A DNA stretch of 64,000 nt from Eledone cirrhosa (lineage: Eukaryota): positions 83,576,001 through 83,640,000 of the forward strand of contig OZ024745.1 of NCBI GenBank assembly GCA_964016885.1, read 5' to 3'. Positions 49,784 to 61,952 of the stretch are shown here, piece after piece; the first letter of the stretch is position 1, and every line of letters begins with the position of its first letter. Both the position numbers and the translations under genes were made by a program. The notes below the pieces were generated by a model. The model was given only the letters and a program-made list of their open reading frames with translations. It was not told where the DNA came from and searched no databases.

Positions 49784-52700
49784 TTTCTTTATTAACCACA
49801 AGGGTTTACATAAAGTAGACATTAAGGACAGTACAGGACAATACAGGGCGGTACAAATGGGCATTTCTACGTGTAAAAAAAACAAGAAACTGAGGATGTA
49901 ATAATAGAACAATGAAAAAATTCCCCAATAGGGGGGAGACTTCCGAGGAACATTCGTGGAGAAAGCCCATTAAAAAGCCACAGTGACCCTGACCACCAGG
50001 GCAAGTGCCCTCTCCCAGTTTTCCACCTTTGATGAAATTTGAAAAAGTTAATCAGGGCATCACCGAAGAGGTAAGTGCTCGTCTTCATCCCTTTCAAACG
50101 TGTCCGCCATGGCCACAAGACAGATAAAAACTGCCTGCACTTCACGGCTAAAGGAAGAGGGCGGGGCAATCCTCACGATGGACTCAGTTGATAGCTGGAT
50201 CCGTCCTACACGTGACAGCAGGTGTTTGACATAAACCCACAAGTCAGCAATGCTCGGACACTGGACGAGTGCGTGCAGGACGGTTTCTTCGCCCTGCGCG
50301 CATCTCGGACATGCCCGGCTGACGGCACCTCCATGCCTGAAGAGTTTATCCCGAACATGGCAAAGCTCCTCGGTAGCACTGCCAGGCCAGGGATTTCTGG
50401 AAGTTGTCCATAGGCCCTGGCCCGAAAGTCCTTCCGAAGAGATTGGCTAGTTGATTTTCTTCGACGCCTAGAGTTTCTCCAAGTACATCGTCGCTCTTCC
50501 CCTCCACTAATCCTCTATAGAACGCCAAGGTGGAGTTTCCACCGATCACATTGCCCGATTGGTCGAGGGCTGTGAGCGCCTGAAGACATTCCAGTCTCCA
50601 GGCGATCCCTCTCGGTCTTCGCTTGACCCAGGACTGCAGCTCCGTCAAGGAGACGAGCTGGGGAAAGACGTGTTTAGCAAACGGCGACCACACCTGATCA
50701 CCGTCTGTATTTTATTTTTTGAGGGGGAAGGAAGAGAAATTTTTCTTTTTTGGTTTCTTTTTTTTTTCTTTTTTCCTGATACCGTTTCCCACTCCTCGTC
50801 GTCACAATCTGTCTCCAGTTGCGATAAGCCGGGGAGTGGAAAATCCTCCACAGGCGTTGGTTTTGGTTGTGGCGTGGTGGATGGTGTAGGCGCTGGTGCT
50901 AGTTCTGGCGCGTTGGGTGGTGGTGGTGTTGGTTTTGCTACTGTTGCTGGGGTTGTTGCTGTTACAGTTGCTTCTGTTGTTGCTGCTACAGTTGTTGCTG
51001 CTATTTCTGCTGCTGGTGGTTTTGATGGTTGAGTCACTGGGGTGGGTAAGAGAGGTGGCCTCAACCTTTTAGCCTGAGGGCAGAAAGCCATTAGGTGTGT
51101 TCCTTCAGCACAAACGACGCACCTAGGTCTTCCGCCCTCGACGATTACGGTGAGGTGGCTGCCGTCAGTGAGGTCTATTACCTCTGGGATCTCCTCAATG
51201 CTTTTATAGTCCGCTTGGATCAGGAGCTCCATCCCAGATCGGGACCAGTTCTCCTGCTTTTCTTTTGCTATTTCTATTATTTTGGTGTTGGCCTCGATGC
51301 CGGCGAGGACGGCAGCCATTAGCCAGGGAATTTCGATGGCAGGTGGAACGTGGGTCACCCTGATCTTCACAAGTCTCTGGCCACAATAGCTTGGGATAAG
51401 TGTGAAGTCGTCACTTCTTAATGGGGCCATGGAGTGTTCTCTGGCCTCCTGTGGTGTTTCAAAGAACACGTCCACGGTTCCATACTTCTGCCCACGTCTG
51501 ATGTGGGTTTTTTTTGCCCACACATGTCCCAAAGCTTTTTGGATTTGGGACTCAGATGCCCGTTCTACTCGGCGCGATTTTATGTTTATTGTCCGATAAG
51601 ACACGGTGCAGAGGCGACGTTGCTCCATTTTATTAGGTGTGAGGGGGAGGGGGTGGCTGACCCTGTACCCATCTTTCTTTACCATTCCTTTGGCTTCGTC
51701 TAATTCTTCCTGAGTTATCTGGATCGCTTCGCACGTTATTGCTACTCTGGCAAAACTCAGGGTAGTTTTCTTAATTTCATTGTTGCTGTTATTATTATCG
51801 TTATTTTTGCTATTGTTAATTTTAGTTTCAGTTGTGGTGGTGGTGGCGTCAGTGGTGTTCGGTGTGGAAGAGTTCATTTTGGTTGAATTCATTTCAATAT
51901 CATCAGTTAATTTATTTTTTCTTTTGTTTCTGTTGTCGCTGTGGTGGTGGTGGTGGTGGTGGCGGCTTTAACACCTGCAGTCATTGGTAATAGCGGGAAA
52001 TGAACGTCTGCCTGAGACAAATTAAAAATATTGCTACTGCTTACAATTCCAGTGTTGGCAAACGTAGCAATAATTACAATGGTGGTGTCGATGTGAGGTG
52101 TTGGACTGTGAGAAAGGAGTGACTCCTCCCCCCGATCCAGGACGGCTGGGAGATGCGTACACATCGTAGCCGCCGAAGATCGGTGCGAAGGCCCGTGCCT
52201 CAGAGATTCTGGTCTCGCTGATGCCCACCACATCTATGTTTAGTGACCTGAGATCGTTCAGCAGGTGCCCCTGCTTCCAAGACGACCCCATACTACCTAT
52301 TCTGAGAGTAGCCATGTTGGCTAGGATAGGAGGAAAACAAGTGAGAAGGGAGAGGTACAAAAAATTACCTCTGGCTCTTCTTTAGGAAGGGAGGGGTTGA
52401 TCCATCCCTCCGACCATTGGTGGGTTTCTCCACGAGAATATCCGTGAATATTCTTTTGGGGATGTTCCCTCGGAAGTCTCCAATTGATGTGGGGAACTTT
52501 TTTTTTAATGTTATGTAATTTTTTGTGTAATTTCTATTATTTTTATGTGTGTGTGTGTGGGGGGGTGGTGCAATTTTGGTGGTTTCTACGTAGTTTGTTT
52601 CTGTGATGTTGGTGTGGTGTTGAATGTAATTTAAAAGCTTTGTGTTGTCTGTGTCTATGGCTGTGTATTGTGTCTGCTGTTGGGGGTGTTGGTGCTTTCT

Positions 52701-54085
52701 GTGTTTGCTGTCGTGTTGTTGGAGGTGACGATAGGGTAGATGGTAAGGGTGGTGGTGGTGCTGGTGGTGGTGGTGGCGGTGGCGGTGGCGGTGGTGGTGG
52801 TGGTGGAGGTGGTGTTGGTGGTGGTGGTGATTATGGTGTAGGTGGTTGTGGGGGTGTGGCTGTTGATGGTGGTGGAGGAGGTGGGGTAGTTTTCATTTTC
52901 TTTTTTTTAAGGTTCTTTCTTCCTCTTTTTTGTGGGGGGGGGGGGGGGGGGGTGAGGGTAGGGAGTTCTTCCTTTTTTTGTTGGAAAAGTCTCCACTCTT
53001 CGGCCTCATCGCACTCCTTGTCCGATTTGGCTATATCAGGTATGCTTTCCATTGGTTTTGTGGGTGGTGGAAGAGATGGTGTTTTTCTTGTTGGGGATGG
53101 TGATTTCTCTTCTGCCACTGTGTTCTTTGTTTGTTTATTCTGCTCCAGTTGCGGGGCATGGCATGGGGAGAAGGGGTGGGCGCGTGCCTGTTTTGGTAAT
53201 TTTGTGGCAGAATGCCTTAAGATGCGTCTTGTCACCACATCCATGACACCTTGAGCGCCTACCTTTGACAGTCACAGGTAGATGGCTGCCGTCGTCCAGG
53301 TCTATTACTTCGGGGATGGCCTCAACGCTTTCGTGGTTTACTTGGATGATTAGCTCCATCTCCGACCCTGTCCAATTTTCCTGTCTTATTCGTATGTCGT
53401 TGAGTATGGTTGTTGAATCCTCAACGTCAGCGAGGACGGCTGCCATCAGCCACGCCATCTCCACTGAGGGTGGAACCTGCCCTACTCGAACCTCCACGAC
53501 TCTCTGGCCGCAATATGTGGGCATCATTGTGATTTCGTCGCTGCGGAGTGATGCAATGGAGTGTGCTCTGGCTTCCTCTGGTTTAGCGAAGAGCACATCC
53601 ACAGTGCCATATATCGATCCCCGGGCTATATATGTTTTCTGTGCCCAGACGTGGTGGTAGTGGTGTTTGATTTCTGTAACGCAGGAAATTTTTCGTTATA
53701 ATTTTCACTACTGCTACTACAGTTCCAGTGAAAGCTGCTGTTGATATCATTATCACTGTCGCTGTCGCTGCTGCTGCTGTTTCTTTTGTTTTTTACTTTG
53801 CCTTGTGATTAGGTGGAATTGGCTGTTCCACCCCCTGAACAACTCGCTGTTCCTCCCTGTGGACAATTTTCTTTGTCCGCCATGTTTTTATAATTTTATT
53901 TTGGGGTTATGATTGTAAATAAAAGCAAATTTAGCTCTTAATGGCGCGAGATACAGTTAAAGAAACCACCTCCTTTGACAGAGGGGTTCTTTATCTACAC
54001 ACCGATGTAAAAATGTATTATTACAACTTTCGATAACTCATAAAAAATTCAATCAGCTTACTCCGCCGTAGTTACCACCGGTTTG
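49782..54085 (-). mobile_element. Rearranged Tx1 lineage-B composite in (ATT)n: 5' UTR, ORF1, APE start, second ORF1, ORF2 3' end
   Basis: Two CCHC-bearing ORF1 paralogues, APE start MATLRIG..WKQGHLLNDLRS at 52315, and ORF2 C-terminus at about 50000-50705. Confidence 0.85.
50645..51892 (-). CDS. Tx1 ORF1 protein, open 415-aa frame ending in out-of-frame ORF2 sequence
   Basis: GGRPRCVVCAEGTHLMAFCP knuckle, homologous to 53135..53602. Confidence 0.7.
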   Translation of the reverse strand: MNSTKMNSSTPNTTDATTTTTETKINNSKNNDNNNSNNEIKKTTLSFARVAITCEAIQITQEELDEAKGMVKKDGYRVSHPLPLTPNKMEQRRLCTVSYRTINIKSRRVERASESQIQKALGHVWAKKTHIRRGQKYGTVDVFFETPQEAREHSMAPLRSDDFTLIPSYCGQRLVKIRVTHVPPAIEIPWLMAAVLAGIEANTKIIEIAKEKQENWSRSGMELLIQADYKSIEEIPEVIDLTDGSHLTVIVEGGRPRCVVCAEGTHLMAFCPQAKRLRPPLLPTPVTQPSKPPAAEIAATTVAATTEATVTATTPATVAKPTPPPPNAPELAPAPTPSTTPQPKPTPVEDFPLPGLSQLETDCDDEEWETVSGKKKKKRNQKRKISLPSPSKNKIQTVIRCGRRLLNTSFPSSSP

Positions 54086-54123
54086 TAATGATAACCAATA
54101 ATAATAATAATAATAATAATAAT

Positions 54124-56628
54124 GCAAAGAGTGCAAAGATTAGGCGATACGAGAGCAGAGTCAGAAGTATAGACAGAACCGCATGTTTGACAACAACCCG
54201 AAGATGTTGTTTGGACAGCTTGAAGGGAAAGAAAGAGGCAACGACTTGACCCTGAGGCGGAACAAACTAAGACATTCTGGAGAGGAATATGGGAGCAGGA
54301 TCTTAAACATAATGATCAGGCATAAAGATTGAGACAGTACAAAAGGAGATTAGTGAACAGGCACACCAAGTATTACAGTTGAAACTCTTAAGAGGCAGGC
54401 CAAAAAACTAACCAATTGGAAATCACCAGGCCCAGATGGTGTGCAGGGGTATTGGATTAAAAATATAACATCCCTCCACCCGAAACTGACAAACATGTTC
54501 AATGACTGCTTGATGTCAGGTGATGTACCAGAGTGGTTGACAAAAGGTACCACAGTTCTGGTAATGAAAGACCGAATCAAGGGTAATGATGTTACCAACT
54601 ATAGACCTATCACATGTCTGTCCGTAATGTTGAAACTGTTAACAAGCATTGTGTCTGAGGAAATCTACAATCACCTCCACATAAACAACTTGTTACCGGA
54701 CGAACAGAAAGGATGCCGAAAGAAGTCCCGTGGTACAAAAGACCAGTTACTTATTGAGAAGATGGTAATGAGGAATTGCAAGAGGAGACACTTGGTCTTG
54801 CCATGGGATGGATAGACTACAAAAAGGCATTTGACATGGTACCTCATTCTTGGATCACCAAAAGCCTAGAGATCTTCAAGGTGGCAGATAACATCAGACA
54901 GTTCTTGACCAAAAGTATGAAGTCCTGGAAAACAGAGTTAACATCGGGTGGAGAATCCTTGGGAAGCGTGAAGAACACGAGAGGTATCTTCCAGGGAGAT
55001 AGTCTGTCCCCTCTGTTGTTTGGACTTGCTCTGATGCCTCTGACCATTATACTGCGAAAAGTGAGAGCAGGATGCAAGTTGGGAAAAGGAGAGCTTACCA
55101 TCAATCAGCTCCTCATCATGGACGATCTTAAGCTCTTCGGGAAGAGTGAGAATGAGTTGGATGTACTTGTTGACACTGTCCGTATTTTCAGCAATGATAT
55201 ATGTATGCAATTTGGTATTAGTAAGTGTGGAGTCCTTGTGACGAAGAGGGGGTAAATTGAGCAGAAGCAACGGAATCCAGGTACCAACAGGTAAGATGAT
55301 AAAGGAAATTGACACTGAAGTTATACAAATATTTAGGTGTTCTGGAGGCTGATGACATCAATAACACAAAAATGAAGGAATTGATAAGATCTGAATACAT
55401 TCGGAGAATAAGGAGCGTATTAAAATCACATCTAAACAGTAGGAATGCCATAAGTGCAGTAAATTCCCGAGATGTGTCTATTATTAGGTACAGTGCTGGA
55501 ATTCTGAGATGGAATGTTGCTGAACAAAAAGAAATGTATAGGAAGACTAGGAAGCTATTGACTATCTACAACATGTTCCACAAGAGGAGTGATGTCGATA
55601 GACTCTACATAAGGAGATCTGAAGGTGGAAGAGGTCTTATCAGCATAGGGGACTGTGTTCAGATGGAGAAAAACAACCTACGCAAATACGTGACTGATAG
55701 TAGGGAGCCAATGCTCAGAATTTTAGTGAAGGAGAGAACAATAGACAAGGGGATGTCCAAGGAGGAAATAACAACAAGGAGAAAGAGCAACCTTCATGAA
55801 AAATCCCTTCATAGTACCTTCTTTGAGAAAACTGAATTCAGAGATCCACAGACATGGAACTGGTTGAAAAGAGGACACCTTAGAAAGGCTACAGAAGGAA
55901 TGCTAATGGCTGCGCAAGAGCAGTCCCTCAAAACGAAGTGGCTGCAACACCATATTTACAAGGAGGAGGCCAGCCCACTGTGTAGGATATGTGGAGAGAG
56001 AGAGGAGACTGTGGCTCACATTGTTTCCGAGTGTAGACACCTAGACCAGATTCACTATAAAGGCTGGAGACATGATGTGATGGGCAGGGTGATCCACTCG
56101 CACCTATGCAAAGTAAACAATTGACCAGATTCTGAGAAGTGGTATGAGCATAAGCCAGAGTCGGTGATAGAAAACGATCAGGTGGAGGTGCTGTGGGATT
56201 TTAGGATACAGACGGACAAGAAACTGGAACACAATAGACCTGACCTGGTGGTTTTGGACAAGGAAAAAAGATCGTGTCTGATTGTGGATGTGGCCTGCCC
56301 ATTCGGCACGAGAGTGCAAGAGAAGGAGAGGGAGAAAATTAACCGATACCAGGACTTAAAGAGGGAGGTTAAAAGGATTTGGAACTGCCATGAAGTCAAA
56401 GTGGTCCCGATTGCCATAGGCGCACTAGGTACTATCTCAAAAGTTTCCAGGGATGGTTAAAGAAAATTGGCCCCGCCTCTCTTTTTGGAACACTTCAAAA
56501 GGCATGCTTGCTGGGAACAGCAAGAACTCTCCGATACGTCCTGAATATCTGAGGCTGCAGGTAGTGGCTTGATATTCATTTCAACAAACTTTCCCGTTAA
56601 CTAACATCAATGACTGAGACACAAAGAA
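54124..56628 (+). mobile_element. 5'-truncated, frameshifted Dong family A copy
   Basis: Collinear with about 1206..3727 and has (AAT)n on both sides. Confidence 0.92.
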
Positions 56629-56630
56629 GA

Positions 56631-56631
<1 letters not shown>

Positions 56632-56720
<89 letters not shown>

Positions 56721-56792
56721 AGAAGAAGAAGAAGAAGAAGAAGAAGAAGAAGAAGAAGAAGAAGAAGAAGAAGAAGAAGAAGAAGGGAAGAA
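56632..56792. repeat. (AAT)n followed by a long (AAG)n
   Basis: Seen directly. Confidence 0.95.
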
Positions 56793-57049
56793 GACGCACG
56801 AGGTGGCGGAAGGTCATGAAATCGCTCCCGTAAGTTTTGAATTTTTAACATATTTAAATCATTTGTGAAATAACAACTCTTAGTACAAATGCTATGTAAA
56901 GCATCCGGCTTGAGCCCAAAAAAATTCGGACCCAAAATATTCAACTTTGTATTGTACATTGTATATTCAAAAAAGAAAATGGCTATAAATGGAAGAAGAA
57001 CTCCCCCCCCACTCCTCTGTCTACATTATATAGAACAGCCAAACAACAC

Positions 57050-57830
57050 CAATCTCACCAACACCAGAAACTAGATACACCACCTACCCCATCACCTCTC
57101 TGTGTACACTAAACACAACAGCCAGATAACGGCAATTTCACCACCACCACTCACTACTGCCATCATTACCACACCTATCCCATCACCGCCGCCACCACTC
57201 CTTCATTGCTACCACCGTTACAACACCATCACTACAGTAATACGATCACATCACCACCACCATTGCCTCGGTATCGACATCATCACCACCACTGTCTCAG
57301 TATCGATACCGCCGCTACTGTCTCCCACATCTCCCCGCTGGCTGCTGCCACCACATTATAGAATTACTATTATAGAATTACTATTATTATTGTCTCAAAT
57401 TTAAAAAAAAAAATGTTTCATTCCAATTTTAAGGGAATATGTCAACAACACAAAATATAATAAAAAATATATATTAAACATACGAACACAAACTCATAGA
57501 TACTACATATCAGTAACCAAACGCCACCGCTGCCACCACCCCACCCCATCCATAATTGCTACCACTATCCCATCGTCGCCGCCACCACTCCTTCAATGCT
57601 ACCACCACTATTCTCCTGTTAACTTGAGAGAGAAAGGGGGAGGTGGCGGTATCACTAGACAAGGGAGAGGCTAGCAAAAGATATAAATAGATTGACTTAG
57701 TGACCTGGCCACCGGCCAAACGTCAACATCAACAACTATGGGACTGCTGGCTCACCCCTTCCTCACCAACAATATAAAAAGCCCCGGCACCACCACCGAC
57801 ATAGCCAACAACAATAACAGGCAACTACAA
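57050..57830. repeat. Degenerate (CAC)n low-complexity region with a duplicated block of about 37 bp
   Basis: CGCCGCCACCACTCCTTCA.TGCTACCACC occurs at about 57187 and about 57578. Confidence 0.6.
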
Positions 57831-57979
57831 CAAAAAGTATATTATATTATTGTAATGCTCTGGGTGATTGCTGGCCTTGTGCCTGGAGTGGAGACAATTA
57901 TTAATAATTTCATTCTTAAGCCACGCAATGCTCACATTAAGGAACCACTCATGATAATAACAATTTAAAAAAACAACAA

Positions 57980-60900
57980 AAAGAAAACCCCGTGACCAAG
58001 AAATACCGGGATGGCGGTCGACGGGGAATAGTCGTGTCTCTAGGGGAGAACGACCCCTCTAGTCTTGGTTGACACTCGTTCTAGAAGTGGTAACACGAAA
58101 TGATTACCCTTGGCGGATAAGGATAAAACGCGACAAAATAAAGTAAATGTCTAATGATAAAATCTCATACCGGATCGGCCGTCACCCGGGTAAAAAAGGG
58201 CCGCGTCCCTCAGAGAGGAACCAGACTGGGGTCGAAAAATCAGCTAATGGTTCAAACCTTCCCATCACTTCGGAGCTGGAGACCTCCCATAACCGGAATA
58301 CTCCTACTGTTGGCCCTCCATGCTCACCACCAAGAAATCCAAAAAAAAAGAGAGAAAAATGGTCAAGGGAAGATAATAAAGAAGTCCTTGAGGCTTTCTA
58401 CACTGCCATGTACTACCCATCAAATACATCGAATACAGAACACACATATATCAACTGGAAAAAGAAACATCCCGAAAACAGAGGCTATATTGACAGTAAC
58501 AAACTAGCCAATATACGAAGAAATATTGTAAGAGAAAAGTTACTAACTGATATAGAAATTGATCAGATCAAGCTATTAGCACAAAGTCAGCGAAGGGAAA
58601 ATGAAACATGTGTCAGTGAAAACGAGGTAAACTGTAACACTTCGAATCCCAGGGTTGGGGCGGAATCACTGGCAACAGAACAAATTAAAGAAAGGATCGA
58701 AAAAGTGGAGGGATTGCATGCTCAAGAAGAAACTCCAAATGAAAATAATGAGATCGTAAATGATAATGAAATGAATGAGAATGAACTTGCCAACTTGAAG
58801 GATGAAATTATGATCGAATGGATGAAAATGAAAGAATCTGACATGGGGCAACGAGACACCCTCCCTAAGATCCAGAACTCCAAACAGAACCAAAAGATAA
58901 TACACAAGACTAACATAATTCTCAAAAACAATATCATCACAAACAAACTAAATATTACTGATTTAAATCATCTCTATTAAGCGTCGGCTAAAGTCACCAC
59001 TCACTTATGTGGAGTGAAGATGAAAAAACAAAGGAATTCCCACAAGAAATCTACTTGGCAAGAGAACATCAATCGCCAAATAAACCATCTCCAATCTGAC
59101 ATAGAAATTTTAAAAAACTATAAAGTAGGTGAACATGTTAAACAAAATCAACTTAGAAAATTGAAAAGAAAGTACAGTATAAAATCAATAAGTGACATAG
59201 ACATGCTGATAGAAATAATCAAGCGAAAAGTGTCGGCCAAAGCTGCTCGTATAAGGCGCTTTGAAAAGCGATCTAGATTCTATAAGGACAATATGTTCAA
59301 AAACAACCAAAGAAACTTCTACAGAAAAATTGGTAAGTCAACAATAATTTCTAAATCAATACCACCCAAGGAGGAAGTGCAAGAATTCTGGTGAAAGATC
59401 TGGGCCGAAGAAAAAGTACATAATATACATGCCCCATGGATAGAGAGACAAATGAAAGATACAGCTCACCTTGAAGAGCAAATATGGGAAAATATAACAG
59501 TTGAACAGTTGCGCTTGGCTCTAAGAAAAACCAGCAAATGGAAATCCCCAGGAAAAGACAAAATACAAAATGTTTGGATAAATGCCTTCACAGAGTCTCA
59601 TGAGCTGTTAGCCCAACTTTACAATGAAATAGTTAAGGAGCCAGAAAAGATACCATCATGGCTAGTTAATGGCATTACATTCCTGCTTCCGAAGAATGAT
59701 TAGACAAACAATCCCAAAAATTACAGACCGATAACTTGCTTGACCGCAATGTATTACATTTTAACATCAGTCCTAACTGAATATACATATGACCACCTGA
59801 TAACAAATGACCTATTTCCCATTGAGCAGAAAGGGGTAAACGAGGCTCATATGGCTGTAAGGATCAGCTTTTGGTTAACAAAATGATACTGGAAGATTGT
59901 CATAATAGACACAAAAATCTATCAATTGCTTGGAGAGATTATAAAAAGCATTCGATAGTTTGCCACACAGTTGGATTGAAAAATGTTTAGAGATTTTCAA
60001 AATATCCCCCGTTGTCAGGAGTTTTTTGTCATTCAGTATGAAGACATGGAAAAAGACACTCCTTTTGAATAGTGAAACAAAATCACTGGAAGCTGGAGAA
60101 GTTAATATTAATTGTGGAATTTTTCAGGGTGACTCTTTATCACCGCTTTTATTCTGCATCGCACTTATACCATTAAGTAAAATGCTCAATGAAACAAAAC
60201 ATGGATATAAAGTCTATGACAAAACCATTATTCACTTGTTCTACATGGATGACCTGAAACTATTTGCAAAAAATGATGAACAATTGCAAGGGCTATTATC
60301 CACTGTGGAGCAGTTCAGTGATGATATTAAAATGGAGTTTGGACTAGATAAATGCGCCAAAGCAACGTTCACCAGAGGAAAGCTCCTGAAGAGTTCAGAC
60401 ATTAATCTTGATCGGGGGAACGTTATAAGAGAATTTGATCAAGAAAAAACTTACAAATATCTAGGTGTTTGTGAAGGAAACGGAATCAAGCACTCGACAA
60501 TGAGGGAAAGGATAAGGAAGGAATGTTACCGCAGAGTAAGAGCAATCTTAAGAACGGAATTGAATAGAAGGAATAGGATCGATGCCATAAACACGCTTGC
60601 CATAACAGTAGTAACCTACAGTTACAATGTCATCAACTGGTCAAGCACAGAGATCCGTAGACTCGATACAAAAATTCGAAAATTCTTAACCATGCACAGA
60701 ATGCATCACCCTAAGGCAGATATAGATAGAATATATCTCCCTAGGAAAGAAGGAGGACGTGGGTTAATCCAGTTAGACATTGCGTTGAAAACTGCAACAA
60801 TTGGATTATCTACATATCTAAGGGAATCACATGATTGGATGATCAAACTCGTTTTGAAACACGAAAGCATCAAAAGATCATATTCCATTACAAAAGATGC

Positions 60901-61929
60901 ACAAAGATACAGTAATGGACCACAAATTTCAGAAGTCCCATTTACTGCTGAAATGGAAAACACAGAAAAAGCAAAGCAGGTAAAAGTAACTGCAAAGAAA
61001 GAACTGCTACAGAAACTGGCTACGAAATGGCAAGAAAAGCCTCTGTATGGAAAATACCCAGAGCGAGCTAACAATCCTGATGTTGACAAAACTTTAACCC
61101 ATCAGTGGTTGGCATCCTCTGGACTGAAATCGGAGACTGAAGGACTGATTATATCAGCACAAGATCAGTGTCTGCCAACAAAAAATTACCGAGCCAACAT
61201 AATAAAAAATGGATGCAGCCCATTATGCCGTGTATGCAAAAAACAACCAGAGACCATTGACCATATAATTTCAATGTGCAGTCCTATAGCTCCAACCGAA
61301 TACCTAAACAGGCATGGCAGAGCTGCACAATACATACATTAGATAATGTGTAATTATTTTGACCTGCCCCATCAAAAGAATTGGTGGGAGCATCAACCAT
61401 ACTTGAAAATATCACATCTCAATCTTGTGGAACTTTAGCACCCAAACAGACCGAAAAATAGATGCAAATAGACCTGATATAATACTGAAGGACTTTAAAA
61501 AGAGGGTATGCCTGCTAATTGATATGTCCGTTCCAATAGACAAGAATGTATCTATAAAAACATTTGAAAAATTGAGCAAGTATAAGGACCTGGAGATAGA
61601 AATTGGAAAAATGTGGAAATTGAGAACTAAAACAATACCAGTGGTTGTAGGCGCTCTGGGAATGATACCTAAGGGGTCTAATAATTACTTATCGCAAATC
61701 CCAGGAAACCCGCCTATAGGAGAAATACGAAAGATAGTACTAATGGGAACTGCCCATATACTAAGGAAGATTCTGTCAATATAAGTACATCTCAAGTCTA
61801 AACTCTAAAGATGCATGTGTGAGTATGTATGTTCTTTCTTGAACATGGCGGACCTTGTTTTCTCTTCAGGTCACTGGTTGTGACTTGGTGATAACTCGTA
61901 TGAACATAAAGCAAGATAAATGCAACTGT
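57980..61929 (+). mobile_element. Full-length disabled Dong/R4 family B element (ORF 58147..61784)
   Basis: Motifs REKWSRED, KSPGKD, GIFQGDSLSP, YMDD, CRVC..ETIDHIISMC and RPDII..LIDM..KY, with an (AAT)n tail. Confidence 0.92.
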
Positions 61930-61952
61930 AATAATAATAATAATAATAATGA

